IMG/VR virus record: IMGVR_UViG_3300042898_003801 | Coordinates: 55,034-75,033 of that record | Strand: one strand, 5' to 3' | Length of the DNA: 20,000 bases | DNA from: an uncultured virus (IMG/VR IMGVR_UViG_3300042898_003801) | Lineage: Duplodnaviria; Heunggongvirae; Uroviricota; Caudoviricetes | Shown here: piece by piece, positions 1 through 8,472 of the stretch | Numbering within the stretch: position 1 is the stretch's first letter | Layout of the letters: every line of letters starts with the position of its first letter | Position numbers and translations under genes: made by a program | The notes under the pieces: model-generated | The model's database searches: none | Told to the model about the DNA's origin: nothing | Seen by the model: the letters and a program-made list of their open reading frames with translations, nothing else

Positions 1-2
1 GT

Positions 3-1541
3 TTCCATCCTTTTCATCGCGGTCATCGTGCCAGCTATGAATATCTTGCTAAAAAATACGGTGCTGATCATGTGTACATTGCCACCACTGGTGTGCAAGC
101 ACCTGTAACCAGTCCATTTACCTTTGCTGACAAAGTTAAAATGATTACTACACTGGGCATTCCTGCCGGACATGTGGTCAAGGTTACTAATCCTTATCAA
201 AGTCGAGAAATAACAGATTCAATTCCCACAGAAGAAAAATCCAAAACTGTGCTGATATTTGCACTCAGCGCCAAGGATGCAGAACGCTTTAGCTTTGCTC
301 CTAAAAAAGACGGCACACCCAGTTATCTTCAGTCCATGCCTGCCAATCTCAAGCAGTTGACGCCAATGACTGAGCATGCTTACGTAGAAATTACACCCAC
401 AGTTAATTTCAAAGTACGTGGTCAAGATGCCAACTCAGCCAGCCAAATCCGCAGTTTTTATATCAAAGGCAACAACAACGATCGAGATCAAGTTATAGCC
501 GACCTATATGGTGAAGCTTACCCTGAGTTACGAGACATATTTGATAATCAACTGGGTGTCAGTGAACGAGTACAGAATATAGTCCGAGAAGCCAAGTTAC
601 TTAACACTACAAAAAGCATAGCACTGATAGAACGCATATTGACCAAAGAGCGTCGTGCGTTGAACGAATTTAGTGTCAACAGTGGCGATGATGGTTCCAG
701 TGATGACCCATATCAGTATCCCAAGCCCGAACATTATGCCCGTAGCATAGATTACTTTGGTCAATTTGAAGCAGAACACTTTGACGAAGAAGATATGAAT
801 GATGCCACAGGCGAGTTCAAGGGTTACTGGTACTACGATGGCAAGCCGAGACAAATTGCCTATTTCAAGTTTGACAATCCCGAGCGCACCGGCAGTAATC
901 ATCCGGGCATGGGCTGGTACTATGAGCCACAAAACGAAGGTATAGCGGAGGCTAAAAGAAAGGAAAAGAAAAAAACTTCAAGATCCTTAGGCAGATATTT
1001 CTTTCCAGGTTACGGATACTATGGCAGTGGAGAATCTGGTGAAGGTGGCGGGGATGGGGGAGGTGAAGGTGTTGACCGGGGCATGGCAGAAGCAGAAAAA
1101 ACAGCCAAAATCTTTCATCCACAGTATGTAGATGTATATTTTCTTAATGGTCCAAGAAGAACTCCCACACTGGTCAATCGCCGAGTTCCGTACAATTTAA
1201 TTGATAGATATTTAAAAGTAGTTGTTAAAAAATACAATCTGCATCAAGGTCGTTTTGAATTCAGAAACGCCGAAGAACCACACATGGCCGAAGAATTCAG
1301 ACCCACTGATGGCCAGGCTATGAATATACGTAGACAAACTGCACAAAAAATGAATCCAGTTACCGACAAATTTGTTTGGAAAAGACCCAATCAAATAGGC
1401 GGTAGTCACAGTGAGAACGAACTTAAATCGTTGAATTTTAAATATTCAACAAAATACAACATGTGGGGCGGCACACAACAGATGTGGGATCGTCTGTCTG
1501 GTGCACTAAAAGAATCCACCGATTACCTTGAAGAAAAATAA
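3..1541 (+). CDS. 5'-truncated multi-module protein: N-terminal HIGH-motif (cytidylyltransferase/NMN-adenylyltransferase-like) nucleotidyltransferase plus small C-terminal modules
   Basis: The frame is open from position 3 (F-H-P-F-H-R-G-H-R-A-S-Y-E-Y-L...), giving the HxGH/HIGH signature. The ORF-track start at 72 (GTG) is therefore internal. It later contains 'NPY', 'KDAERF' and 'SASQIR' (KMSKS-like S[AS]xxR). The C-terminal half is split by ALNE, GIAE, GMAE and HMAEE linkers and ends DYLEEK. Confidence 0.75.
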   Translation, partial: FHPFHRGHRASYEYLAKKYGADHVYIATTGVQAPVTSPFTFADKVKMITTLGIPAGHVVKVTNPYQSREITDSIPTEEKSKTVLIFALSAKDAERFSFAPKKDGTPSYLQSMPANLKQLTPMTEHAYVEITPTVNFKVRGQDANSASQIRSFYIKGNNNDRDQVIADLYGEAYPELRDIFDNQLGVSERVQNIVREAKLLNTTKSIALIERILTKERRALNEFSVNSGDDGSSDDPYQYPKPEHYARSIDYFGQFEAEHFDEEDMNDATGEFKGYWYYDGKPRQIAYFKFDNPERTGSNHPGMGWYYEPQNEGIAEAKRKEKKKTSRSLGRYFFPGYGYYGSGESGEGGGDGGGEGVDRGMAEAEKTAKIFHPQYVDVYFLNGPRRTPTLVNRRVPYNLIDRYLKVVVKKYNLHQGRFEFRNAEEPHMAEEFRPTDGQAMNIRRQTAQKMNPVTDKFVWKRPNQIGGSHSENELKSLNFKYSTKYNMWGGTQQMWDRLSGALKESTDYLEEK

Positions 1542-1556
1542 TGCCTGTGTTATACT
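1528..1556 (+). promoter_or_regulatory. sigma70-like promoter with extended -10
   Basis: TTGAAG (1528-1533), a 17-nt spacer, then TG-n-TATACT (1548-1556), upstream of the 1592 gene. Confidence 0.5.
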
Positions 1557-1560
1557 AGAG

Positions 1561-1566
1561 TAAATA
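1561..1566 (+). promoter_or_regulatory. T4-like late promoter core (TAAATA)
   Basis: Intergenic GTAAATA, with TAAATA ending 25 nt before ATG 1592. An AAAGGAA RBS lies between them. Confidence 0.6.
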
Positions 1567-1591
1567 TTTCACAATTTACTAAAGGAACCTC

Positions 1592-2488
1592 ATGGCAGAC
1601 GAACAAGCAAAACCTACCACAGAAACCCCAGTGGCGCCGGGTCAGCAACAAATCCAAGTCAACATTGACTATTTAAAAACCACAAGGGTGCACATTTGCA
1701 TGCCCTGTTATGGTGGTATGCTCACAGAATCTACGTTTATGAGTTATATCAAATGGAGCAATGCCGCTCGTCAGTTGGGCATTGACTGGACCATGGAAAC
1801 CATGACCAATGAAAGCTTGATCAGTCGTGCTAGAAACACCCTGACTGCTAAATTCTTGCACAACAAGGATTCCACACACCTGATGTTTATTGACGCAGAC
1901 ATTGGGTGGGAACCCTGGCACTTGATGGTATTGCTAGATCGTCAAGTTGATGTGATTGGCGGACTGTATCCTATGAAAAGCCTGCCAGTCAAATGGTGTG
2001 TGAATGGATTCGACGGTGCAGAAGAAGGCCCCAATGGCCTACAAGAAGTTACCAAAACAGGTACAGGATTTTTATTGATCAAACGCGATGTGTTTGAGAA
2101 AATGGATGCTCATCCTGCGGTGAAACCGTTTATGAATGATATTGGATTGCCAGTGGAACTTAATCCGCACATGAAAACCTACTTTGATACCGCAGTACGT
2201 GAAAATCGTTACTACTCAGAAGACTGGACATTCTGCGAAAACTGGCGTGATCTAGGTGGTAAAGTATGGGTAGACAAACGTGTGCTGCTGAAACACACAG
2301 GAACTTATGTGTTTGATTTTGCCACACAAGATAACTTGTACAAAGAACTGCACAATTTGGCCTTGGCCAACGGCGCAGCCCTGGGCGGTGCTGCGGGTGT
2401 TGCTGCACCAGTGGATGTTCCCAAGCCTGTGGAAGCCAAAGTTTTAGCATCAAGCACTTCTAAAAAGAACAAAACCAAAGCCAAGTAA
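1592..2488 (+). CDS. GT-A fold (GT2-like) glycosyltransferase
   Basis: Contains 'ICMPCYGG', 'SLISRARN', DxD in 'MFIDADIGW', 'GTGFLLIKRDVF', 'SEDWTFC' and 'LKHTG'. It has an Ala/Lys-rich C-terminal tail and a good RBS. Confidence 0.75.
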   Translation: MADEQAKPTTETPVAPGQQQIQVNIDYLKTTRVHICMPCYGGMLTESTFMSYIKWSNAARQLGIDWTMETMTNESLISRARNTLTAKFLHNKDSTHLMFIDADIGWEPWHLMVLLDRQVDVIGGLYPMKSLPVKWCVNGFDGAEEGPNGLQEVTKTGTGFLLIKRDVFEKMDAHPAVKPFMNDIGLPVELNPHMKTYFDTAVRENRYYSEDWTFCENWRDLGGKVWVDKRVLLKHTGTYVFDFATQDNLYKELHNLALANGAALGGAAGVAAPVDVPKPVEAKVLASSTSKKNKTKAK

Positions 2489-2496
2489 CTATTCGG

Positions 2497-2502
2497 TAAA
2501 TA
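2497..2502 (+). promoter_or_regulatory. T4-like late promoter core (TAAATA), probably giving a near-leaderless mRNA
   Basis: GGTAAATA sits in the 22-nt intergenic gap. The ATG is only 8 nt downstream and there is no Shine-Dalgarno. Confidence 0.6.
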
Positions 2503-2510
2503 CAGTTCGT

Positions 2511-5500
2511 ATGAACATCACCGAATTAGATTCCTATAACCTTGCCGACGCAGTAAAATTCAATGACAAATTGAACCCTGTGATCTGGCAAGGCCAGCAC
2601 ATGCGCCCCGAAGTTCGCGATCAACTGCTGACCATTGCAGAAGATTTTCGCGAACATCTTGGGCTTGCCAACATAGACGTCAAAGACATCACAGTGCTGG
2701 GTAGCAATGCCGGCTACACATACACTCCACATTCTGACATTGATCTACATTTGGTAGTTCGAATGCCACATGCCGATAACGAAGTGTACCGTGAATTGTT
2801 TGATGCTAAAAAGTACCAATATAATGACACCCACAACATCACCATTGGCGGATATGAAGTTGAGCTTTATGTAGAAGACGCAGACAAGCCTGCAGTCAGT
2901 CAAGGTGTGTTCAGTGTGTTGAACAACGATTGGGTGCATATACCACGACAAAGACCTGCCACAGTGAATGACAATGCAGTTCGCAGCAAATACAATGATC
3001 TCAAGCACAGAATTGATTCAGCAGTTGCTGGCAAAAATTTGACCAAAATCTCACAGTTGATTGACAAAATCAAACGCATGCGCTTGGCCGGATTGGCCCA
3101 AAACGGCGAACTGGGCGGAGAAAATCTTGCGTACAAAATGCTACGTACACAAGGTGATATTTCTCGATTGCATGATGCACGTAATGCTGCACATGATGAA
3201 GAGTTAAGTCTAGTAGAATCCACCATAATGTCCAAGCCCAGGATGACCTATGGATTTAATAGCAAAAAGAAGCTGGCCGAAGTAGAAATAACTCCGGATG
3301 GTGTTAGCCCTAGTACCAAAATGTTCTTGAGTGAAACCGATGATGAAAGTATTTTACGAGATTTTGTGGCATTCTGTGCAAAAGAACTTGAATTAGAAAC
3401 AGAACCACAAATACGATTGCGTAGAGATCCAGCTTGGTCAGCACGAAACCGAACATTTGGTCGTTATGATCACGACACAAACCAATTGGAAATCAGCATA
3501 GGCAATCGGCACATCATGGATGTGTTGCGTACCTGCGCACACGAACTCACTCATCAACGTCAAGGTGAAACACAAACAATAGCGCCCGACTCTGGACACA
3601 CAGGATCACCTGAAGAAAATGAAGCCAATGCAGCAGCCGGCATTATCATGCGTCGATACGGTGCCATGCATCCGGAACTGTTTGAAAAGTCCACAGTGGC
3701 AGAAGCCAGTGGGTATATTCCTACCACTGCTGAAATGCATGATCCCAGATTTGAGATGGCCATTACTCAGGATGTACGTCCTGGCGCCATTGGTCGTGCA
3801 GCCAATGCTTTTTTACTAAACACCGACGCACAAGGTCATCCACAAGAACTACGCCCAGACGGCCTGGTCAAGCGATTGGCTGAACAGTTGGCCGCTTTCA
3901 AACGACCATTGAGTGAAGCTGAACAACTAGACGAAATCAACATGGGTGGCAAAAGCCTAAGAAAGTTGTCAAAGTCTGTTGATGCACGAGCCGGCATTGA
4001 ATTTGAAATGATTGTGCCCAATGTTGAAGGCGGCGAGTATGATTTTCAGCCAGAGCCTGATTATGACAATTACAACGAAACTGCCCGGGATATTGATGGA
4101 ATCATTGAATTTTTTGATGACCGCGATTTTAACGGCGCCAGAGCCATAAGAGAGTTGCGAACTGAGCTTGAGTCAAATTACCTTGATTGGCGTGAAACTA
4201 AAATTTACGAAGACTGGACCGATAACGGATTTGATTTCTTTGCTGAATGGGTGGCCAACAACATTGATCCAGAAGAAATTATTGCTTACCTTGACAAAGA
4301 TTCAGACTATAACATAACCAAAGACGACATACTGAACTATTCCAATTATCTGTGGGAAGAAGCCGGCGAATCCAGAGACGAAGCTCTTGAAGAATTTAGA
4401 GATGAAAAAAAGGATGATGGCGAGTATGACGAAGAACAATGGTTGAGATCTGAAGGCATACGAGACATGCAGGATGTAGAAAGTGCTTATAGTACTAGGA
4501 TTACTTGGCCCCACTGGACCGAAGACGATGGCATGGGCGATGGCACTTACAGTATAGAAGCAGTGGCTGAAAGTTTTGAAAAGGCCATTGGTCGACCAGT
4601 GATGTGGGGCGACGATTATCACAACATAGATCGCGACGATGCATATAGTCAAGGTGCGTATATTGTTGAGCCTGACGGCAGCTTAGAAGCCAATAGTGGC
4701 AATGATCGCGGATTAGAATTTATTAGCCCACCCTTGCCTCTGGATGAACTGGCCAAGGACATGCAAAAAGTCAAAAAGTGGGCCGACTCCAATGGTTGCT
4801 ATACCAGCAAAGCAAACAAAACTGGCCTGCATATCAATGTGAGTGTACCGGGACTTGATGCAGAAATGAAAAATCTTGATCTTGTCAAACTGGCATTGTT
4901 GTTGGGTGACAACTATGTGGCTAAAGAATTTGGAAGATTGGGTAATACCTACGCCAAGTCAGTGTACAATATTGTCATGAACAATATAAAAAATCGTCCC
5001 GAAACTGCAGAAGTTTTGTTGGATCGCATGCGTGAAAATCTAAGCAAAGCTGCCACTCGTGTGATACACAACGCCCAGACAGACAAGTACAGTTCAATCA
5101 ATGTCAAAAATGGCTATATTGAATTTAGATCTCCAGGTGGTGATTGGTTGGATGCAAACTTTGATAAGATTCAAACGACACTAGAACGATTTGTTGTGGC
5201 CACTGATGCAGCAGTGGATCCTGCAAAGTATCGACAAGAGTATCTAAAGAAACTGTATCGTGCATTGAGTGGCACAGAGATTGAACACGGTAGAAATCCT
5301 GCTACCGGAAAGAAAACTTTTAAGATTGCTACCGAAGCAGACTTTGCTAACCTGTTGTCAGAATACATGGCTGGAAAAATCAACCGAGAGGAATTGACAA
5401 GAATTGCCGCGGAGCAACGTCAACTCGGCCAAGACAAGCCCAAAGACAAACAACAGTATCGCATGGTCAATCCTGACACCTATCAAGAATATGCAAGGTT

Positions 5501-6938
5501 CACTGCTACCAGTGCCGAAAAGGCTGATGCACAGGCCAAACTCTATGCCGCTGAAAACGACATTGCTTTTTACAACTATATTGTTTTAGATTCCGGCATG
5601 CAAGTAGTGGGCGGAGATATACGCCACACTGCAACTCCTGGGCGACAAAGTGATCCCAATGGTCGTTATGAAATTATAAATCGTGCCACCGGAGCGGAAG
5701 CTCGGCCAAGATTCATGTTCAGTGCGGTACCACAACAAATACCCTATGTGTTGCAGGCCTGGGCCAACAGAAACGGCACTGCACCCACAGACTGGACAGT
5801 GATCGACACAGAAAGTGGCATTGAAGTAAATTCAACAACACCAACAACTGTTGGCGCTTCAAGAGTTGAACCACTATGGACAGTGAGCTTGCTAGACAAC
5901 ATGGCACGCTATGTAGAAGTTCGTGCACCAAATGAACTGTCAGCATTGGCGGCTGCGCATGAAACTGATCCAACAAACTTCCCAATGACAGTGACCACAG
6001 ATGATGTTATCATTACTCCAAGGGCACAACAATTACCAACTCCACGTCCGATACCGGGTGTAGAAGACGTTCCACTTGATCTTGAATTTGCACAAAGGAC
6101 TGTTCCAGGATCTACTATAGACCTAGCACAACAACGAGCAACACCCGGTACATTCACTGGTGCGTGGAAAGTAGTAGACAGCAACACTGGAGAAGAACTC
6201 CACAGATTCAGCGGTATAGGCAACAGCCAAGAAGATGCTAACAGAGTTGCTGGACAATGGGTACGAAGCAACAGTATTGCAGTTCCCACTGAAGTGTATC
6301 CAATAATGAGTGAGTCAGTGACTGAATCATTTATCAATGCTTTGATCAAGCTTGATCAAGAACCTTGGGCTCTGACTGAATCTACAAATAATTTTGAAAT
6401 CAAAAAAAGCAGTTTGTTTGATAAAACAGTACAGAACAAATCAGAGCAACTTCCTGATTTAGCAAATAAAATACAAGAATTTTTAAAGTTTAAAATGGTC
6501 ACGCCAGGTCAACCCTGGGGCAACGACTCTCCGTTTATTGCTGCAGGACCACTGGGGTCTGCAATACCAAAATTACGACACGCACATTTAACCAGAGACC
6601 TTAGTTTATATTATACCATTGAAGGTCGCAATCCCACAGTCATCAAACTGTATGGCGTATTCAATCATCACGAAAGTGGCACAGGAACTCCTAAGAATAT
6701 TAACAAACAAAAAAACTTAGCAAGACAATTGGTCAATCAGGAAGTTGCTGAAACTAAAAATCCCAACACAACCTATAAACTATGGTCTGCTCCTGTAAAA
6801 ATAAAACAGCCGACCTACACAGGCTACATTGATGTTGCTGTGACTGCACAAAATGCACATTTGGCCAGACAATTAATGAAAGCACAGTACGGTGTGGCAG
6901 ACTGGGAAATTGGTAGTGTAAAAGAAGTAAAAGTATGA
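2511..6938 (+). CDS. 1475-aa polyvalent protein: Pol-beta-type nucleotidyltransferase + HExxH zincin metallopeptidase + amidoligase (COOH-NH2 ligase)-like domain + degenerate repeats + RelE/YafQ-like RNase
   Basis: NTase: GS-x10-D-I-D ('GSNAGYTYTPHSDIDLHLV', about 2700-2755) and 'EVELYVE'. Peptidase: 'AHELTHQRQ' (HELTH 3540-3554) with downstream 'ENEANAAAG'. Amidoligase: 'GIEFEM' (about 3993), 'EPDGSL', 'GLEFISPPL', 'TGLHINVS', 'IEFRSPGG'. RelE-like: 'LRHAHLTRDLSLYY...IKLYGVFNH' (about 6573-6668). Confidence 0.75.
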   Translation: MNITELDSYNLADAVKFNDKLNPVIWQGQHMRPEVRDQLLTIAEDFREHLGLANIDVKDITVLGSNAGYTYTPHSDIDLHLVVRMPHADNEVYRELFDAKKYQYNDTHNITIGGYEVELYVEDADKPAVSQGVFSVLNNDWVHIPRQRPATVNDNAVRSKYNDLKHRIDSAVAGKNLTKISQLIDKIKRMRLAGLAQNGELGGENLAYKMLRTQGDISRLHDARNAAHDEELSLVESTIMSKPRMTYGFNSKKKLAEVEITPDGVSPSTKMFLSETDDESILRDFVAFCAKELELETEPQIRLRRDPAWSARNRTFGRYDHDTNQLEISIGNRHIMDVLRTCAHELTHQRQGETQTIAPDSGHTGSPEENEANAAAGIIMRRYGAMHPELFEKSTVAEASGYIPTTAEMHDPRFEMAITQDVRPGAIGRAANAFLLNTDAQGHPQELRPDGLVKRLAEQLAAFKRPLSEAEQLDEINMGGKSLRKLSKSVDARAGIEFEMIVPNVEGGEYDFQPEPDYDNYNETARDIDGIIEFFDDRDFNGARAIRELRTELESNYLDWRETKIYEDWTDNGFDFFAEWVANNIDPEEIIAYLDKDSDYNITKDDILNYSNYLWEEAGESRDEALEEFRDEKKDDGEYDEEQWLRSEGIRDMQDVESAYSTRITWPHWTEDDGMGDGTYSIEAVAESFEKAIGRPVMWGDDYHNIDRDDAYSQGAYIVEPDGSLEANSGNDRGLEFISPPLPLDELAKDMQKVKKWADSNGCYTSKANKTGLHINVSVPGLDAEMKNLDLVKLALLLGDNYVAKEFGRLGNTYAKSVYNIVMNNIKNRPETAEVLLDRMRENLSKAATRVIHNAQTDKYSSINVKNGYIEFRSPGGDWLDANFDKIQTTLERFVVATDAAVDPAKYRQEYLKKLYRALSGTEIEHGRNPATGKKTFKIATEADFANLLSEYMAGKINREELTRIAAEQRQLGQDKPKDKQQYRMVNPDTYQEYARFTATSAEKADAQAKLYAAENDIAFYNYIVLDSGMQVVGGDIRHTATPGRQSDPNGRYEIINRATGAEARPRFMFSAVPQQIPYVLQAWANRNGTAPTDWTVIDTESGIEVNSTTPTTVGASRVEPLWTVSLLDNMARYVEVRAPNELSALAAAHETDPTNFPMTVTTDDVIITPRAQQLPTPRPIPGVEDVPLDLEFAQRTVPGSTIDLAQQRATPGTFTGAWKVVDSNTGEELHRFSGIGNSQEDANRVAGQWVRSNSIAVPTEVYPIMSESVTESFINALIKLDQEPWALTESTNNFEIKKSSLFDKTVQNKSEQLPDLANKIQEFLKFKMVTPGQPWGNDSPFIAAGPLGSAIPKLRHAHLTRDLSLYYTIEGRNPTVIKLYGVFNHHESGTGTPKNINKQKNLARQLVNQEVAETKNPNTTYKLWSAPVKIKQPTYTGYIDVAVTAQNAHLARQLMKAQYGVADWEIGSVKEVKV

Positions 6939-7219
6939 CACAGCAATTTGTGAAAGTTGTGGCTGATGTTCACTGTGATTATGAGACTGGTCAACTGCCT
7001 ATCTATAGACTGTATGTGAACAATGAATTGTTCACAGAACGCACATGGATCTGGGAAAATGTTTATCTTGAAGAAATGATACCTATATTGGCAGAACCTG
7101 GTGATTACAAGATCCGTTATGAGCTGGTACCGGGCACTTCTGCAGGGTTAAATATACAGAACTTGCGAGTAGCAGAAGGCACTGCTACCATACAAGATTC
7201 CACAGTGAGGATAAGATAA
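6935..7219 (+). CDS. hypothetical beta-rich protein (94 aa)
   Basis: ATGA overlap with the upstream stop and TAATG overlap downstream. No recognised motif. Confidence 0.7.
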   Translation: MTQQFVKVVADVHCDYETGQLPIYRLYVNNELFTERTWIWENVYLEEMIPILAEPGDYKIRYELVPGTSAGLNIQNLRVAEGTATIQDSTVRIR

Positions 7220-7416
7220 TGCGAGCACAAGAATTTATACGTGAAAATGCATCAGCAGGTGCCACAGGTTCAGGCAGTATCGCCACCGTTGCCACACCCA
7301 TGGGCGGTGTGATTTCTCGAAATGCCGGCAGTTTCTTTGCCGGGCATAAATACTCTAATGACGAGACTCCAAACACGCCAGAGTCTTACAAAACATACAA
7401 GAAACGGAAAAAGTAA
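7219..7416 (+). CDS. small putative internal head protein (65 aa)
   Basis: Starts MRAQEFIRE (compare T4 IPII/IPIII MKTYQEFIAE). It has a Gly/Ala/Thr-rich middle, a basic C-terminus and coupled TAATG junctions at both ends. Confidence 0.65.
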   Translation: MRAQEFIRENASAGATGSGSIATVATPMGGVISRNAGSFFAGHKYSNDETPNTPESYKTYKKRKK

Positions 7417-7856
7417 TGTTAGCTGATTTGTTAAAAACACTGTTGGGAACACAGTTTGCACACTATGTGAAAGCACATGCTTTTCATTGGAATGTAGAAA
7501 CTCCTGACTTTTATCAGTATCACAAGTTTTTTCAGAAAATATATGAAGATGCCTATTCTGCAGTGGATCCCATAGCAGAATATATCCGTAGCCTGGGCGA
7601 ATATGCACCAGGCAGTATGGAACGTCTTTTAGAACTCAGTGTAATACCCGGACAAAGCAAAATACCTCGCGCCCGACTCATGGTAGAAGAATTGCTGGCC
7701 GACAGTGAAATCTTGGTTGATTTGTTGAACCAATGTTTTACTGCCGCCACCCAAGAAAACAAACAAGACATTGCCAATTTCATTGCCGAAAGATTGAGTC
7801 AAACCAACAAGTTTGCCTGGCAACTACGTGCAACACTAAAAGAGGTAAGGGCGTGA
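7416..7856 (+). CDS. dps: Dps-family (ferritin-like) DNA-protection protein
   Basis: 'KAHAFHWNV...FYQYHKFFQKIYE...AVDPIAEYIRSLG' retains the His/His/Asp/Glu ferroxidase ligands. The C-terminal 'KFAWQL' and 146-aa length also fit Dps. Confidence 0.88.
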   Translation: MLADLLKTLLGTQFAHYVKAHAFHWNVETPDFYQYHKFFQKIYEDAYSAVDPIAEYIRSLGEYAPGSMERLLELSVIPGQSKIPRARLMVEELLADSEILVDLLNQCFTAATQENKQDIANFIAERLSQTNKFAWQLRATLKEVRA

Positions 7857-7857
7857 T

Positions 7858-8472
7858 ATGGATTCTGAATTCCGCAGCATAGTTGAACGTTTGGCCGTTC
7901 TTGAAGGACGAATAACTCCGGTCACAGTCCGGCATGGGCTTAATGCTCAGCAGAAATCTGCACATCAATTGCCTGCGCTGTTCAAGCCCAAAACTGTGTC
8001 AGTACTGAACGCAAAAACTGATCCTAAAAATCCCATGGCAGGATACATGGTAGGCGATAGTGTACAAGACGATCGAGACGTTGTGGAAGATGTGGTTGAC
8101 AAGGTAAAACGAAGCCTCACTGACTATTTGAAAAATCTTGAAGATGAAATACGAGTTGACAGCGACCTAAAAGATAAAACACACAACGACACAGATCTCA
8201 AGCAAAAATCTGCTGAGATTCGCGACCTAGTGCCAAAAATCCAAAAGCAAAACACAGATGAAGGCTATCCTGTCATAGCCATTGCCATGGAAGACGGCAG
8301 CAATTGCGAATTGCATGGAGATGAAAACACAGGTTATGAAATTCGTCGCGGTGGTCGTGCATTGAAAACTCGTTTTGAAAATGTAGATCATGCACGTATG
8401 GCAGTGGAAATGTTTAATGCACGTATGCGAGCACGTCATCCCGAACAACAAGATTACATTGAGGAAAAATAA
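7858..8472 (+). CDS. hypothetical phage protein (204 aa), ends DYIEEK
   Basis: Clean ORF coupled to its neighbours. It contains LxE sites ('AVLE', 'VVED') and no family was recognised. Confidence 0.7.
   Translation: MDSEFRSIVERLAVLEGRITPVTVRHGLNAQQKSAHQLPALFKPKTVSVLNAKTDPKNPMAGYMVGDSVQDDRDVVEDVVDKVKRSLTDYLKNLEDEIRVDSDLKDKTHNDTDLKQKSAEIRDLVPKIQKQNTDEGYPVIAIAMEDGSNCELHGDENTGYEIRRGGRALKTRFENVDHARMAVEMFNARMRARHPEQQDYIEEK

Noticed and set aside
72..74. ORF-track start codon for the first gene
   Set aside because: The frame is open to the window edge and the catalytic HxGH motif lies upstream of position 72.
6935..7219. 94-aa ORF as the antitoxin of the RelE-like domain
   Set aside because: It has no RHH/HTH or RelB-like features and looks beta-rich. 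This cannot be excluded experimentally, but nothing in the sequence supports it.
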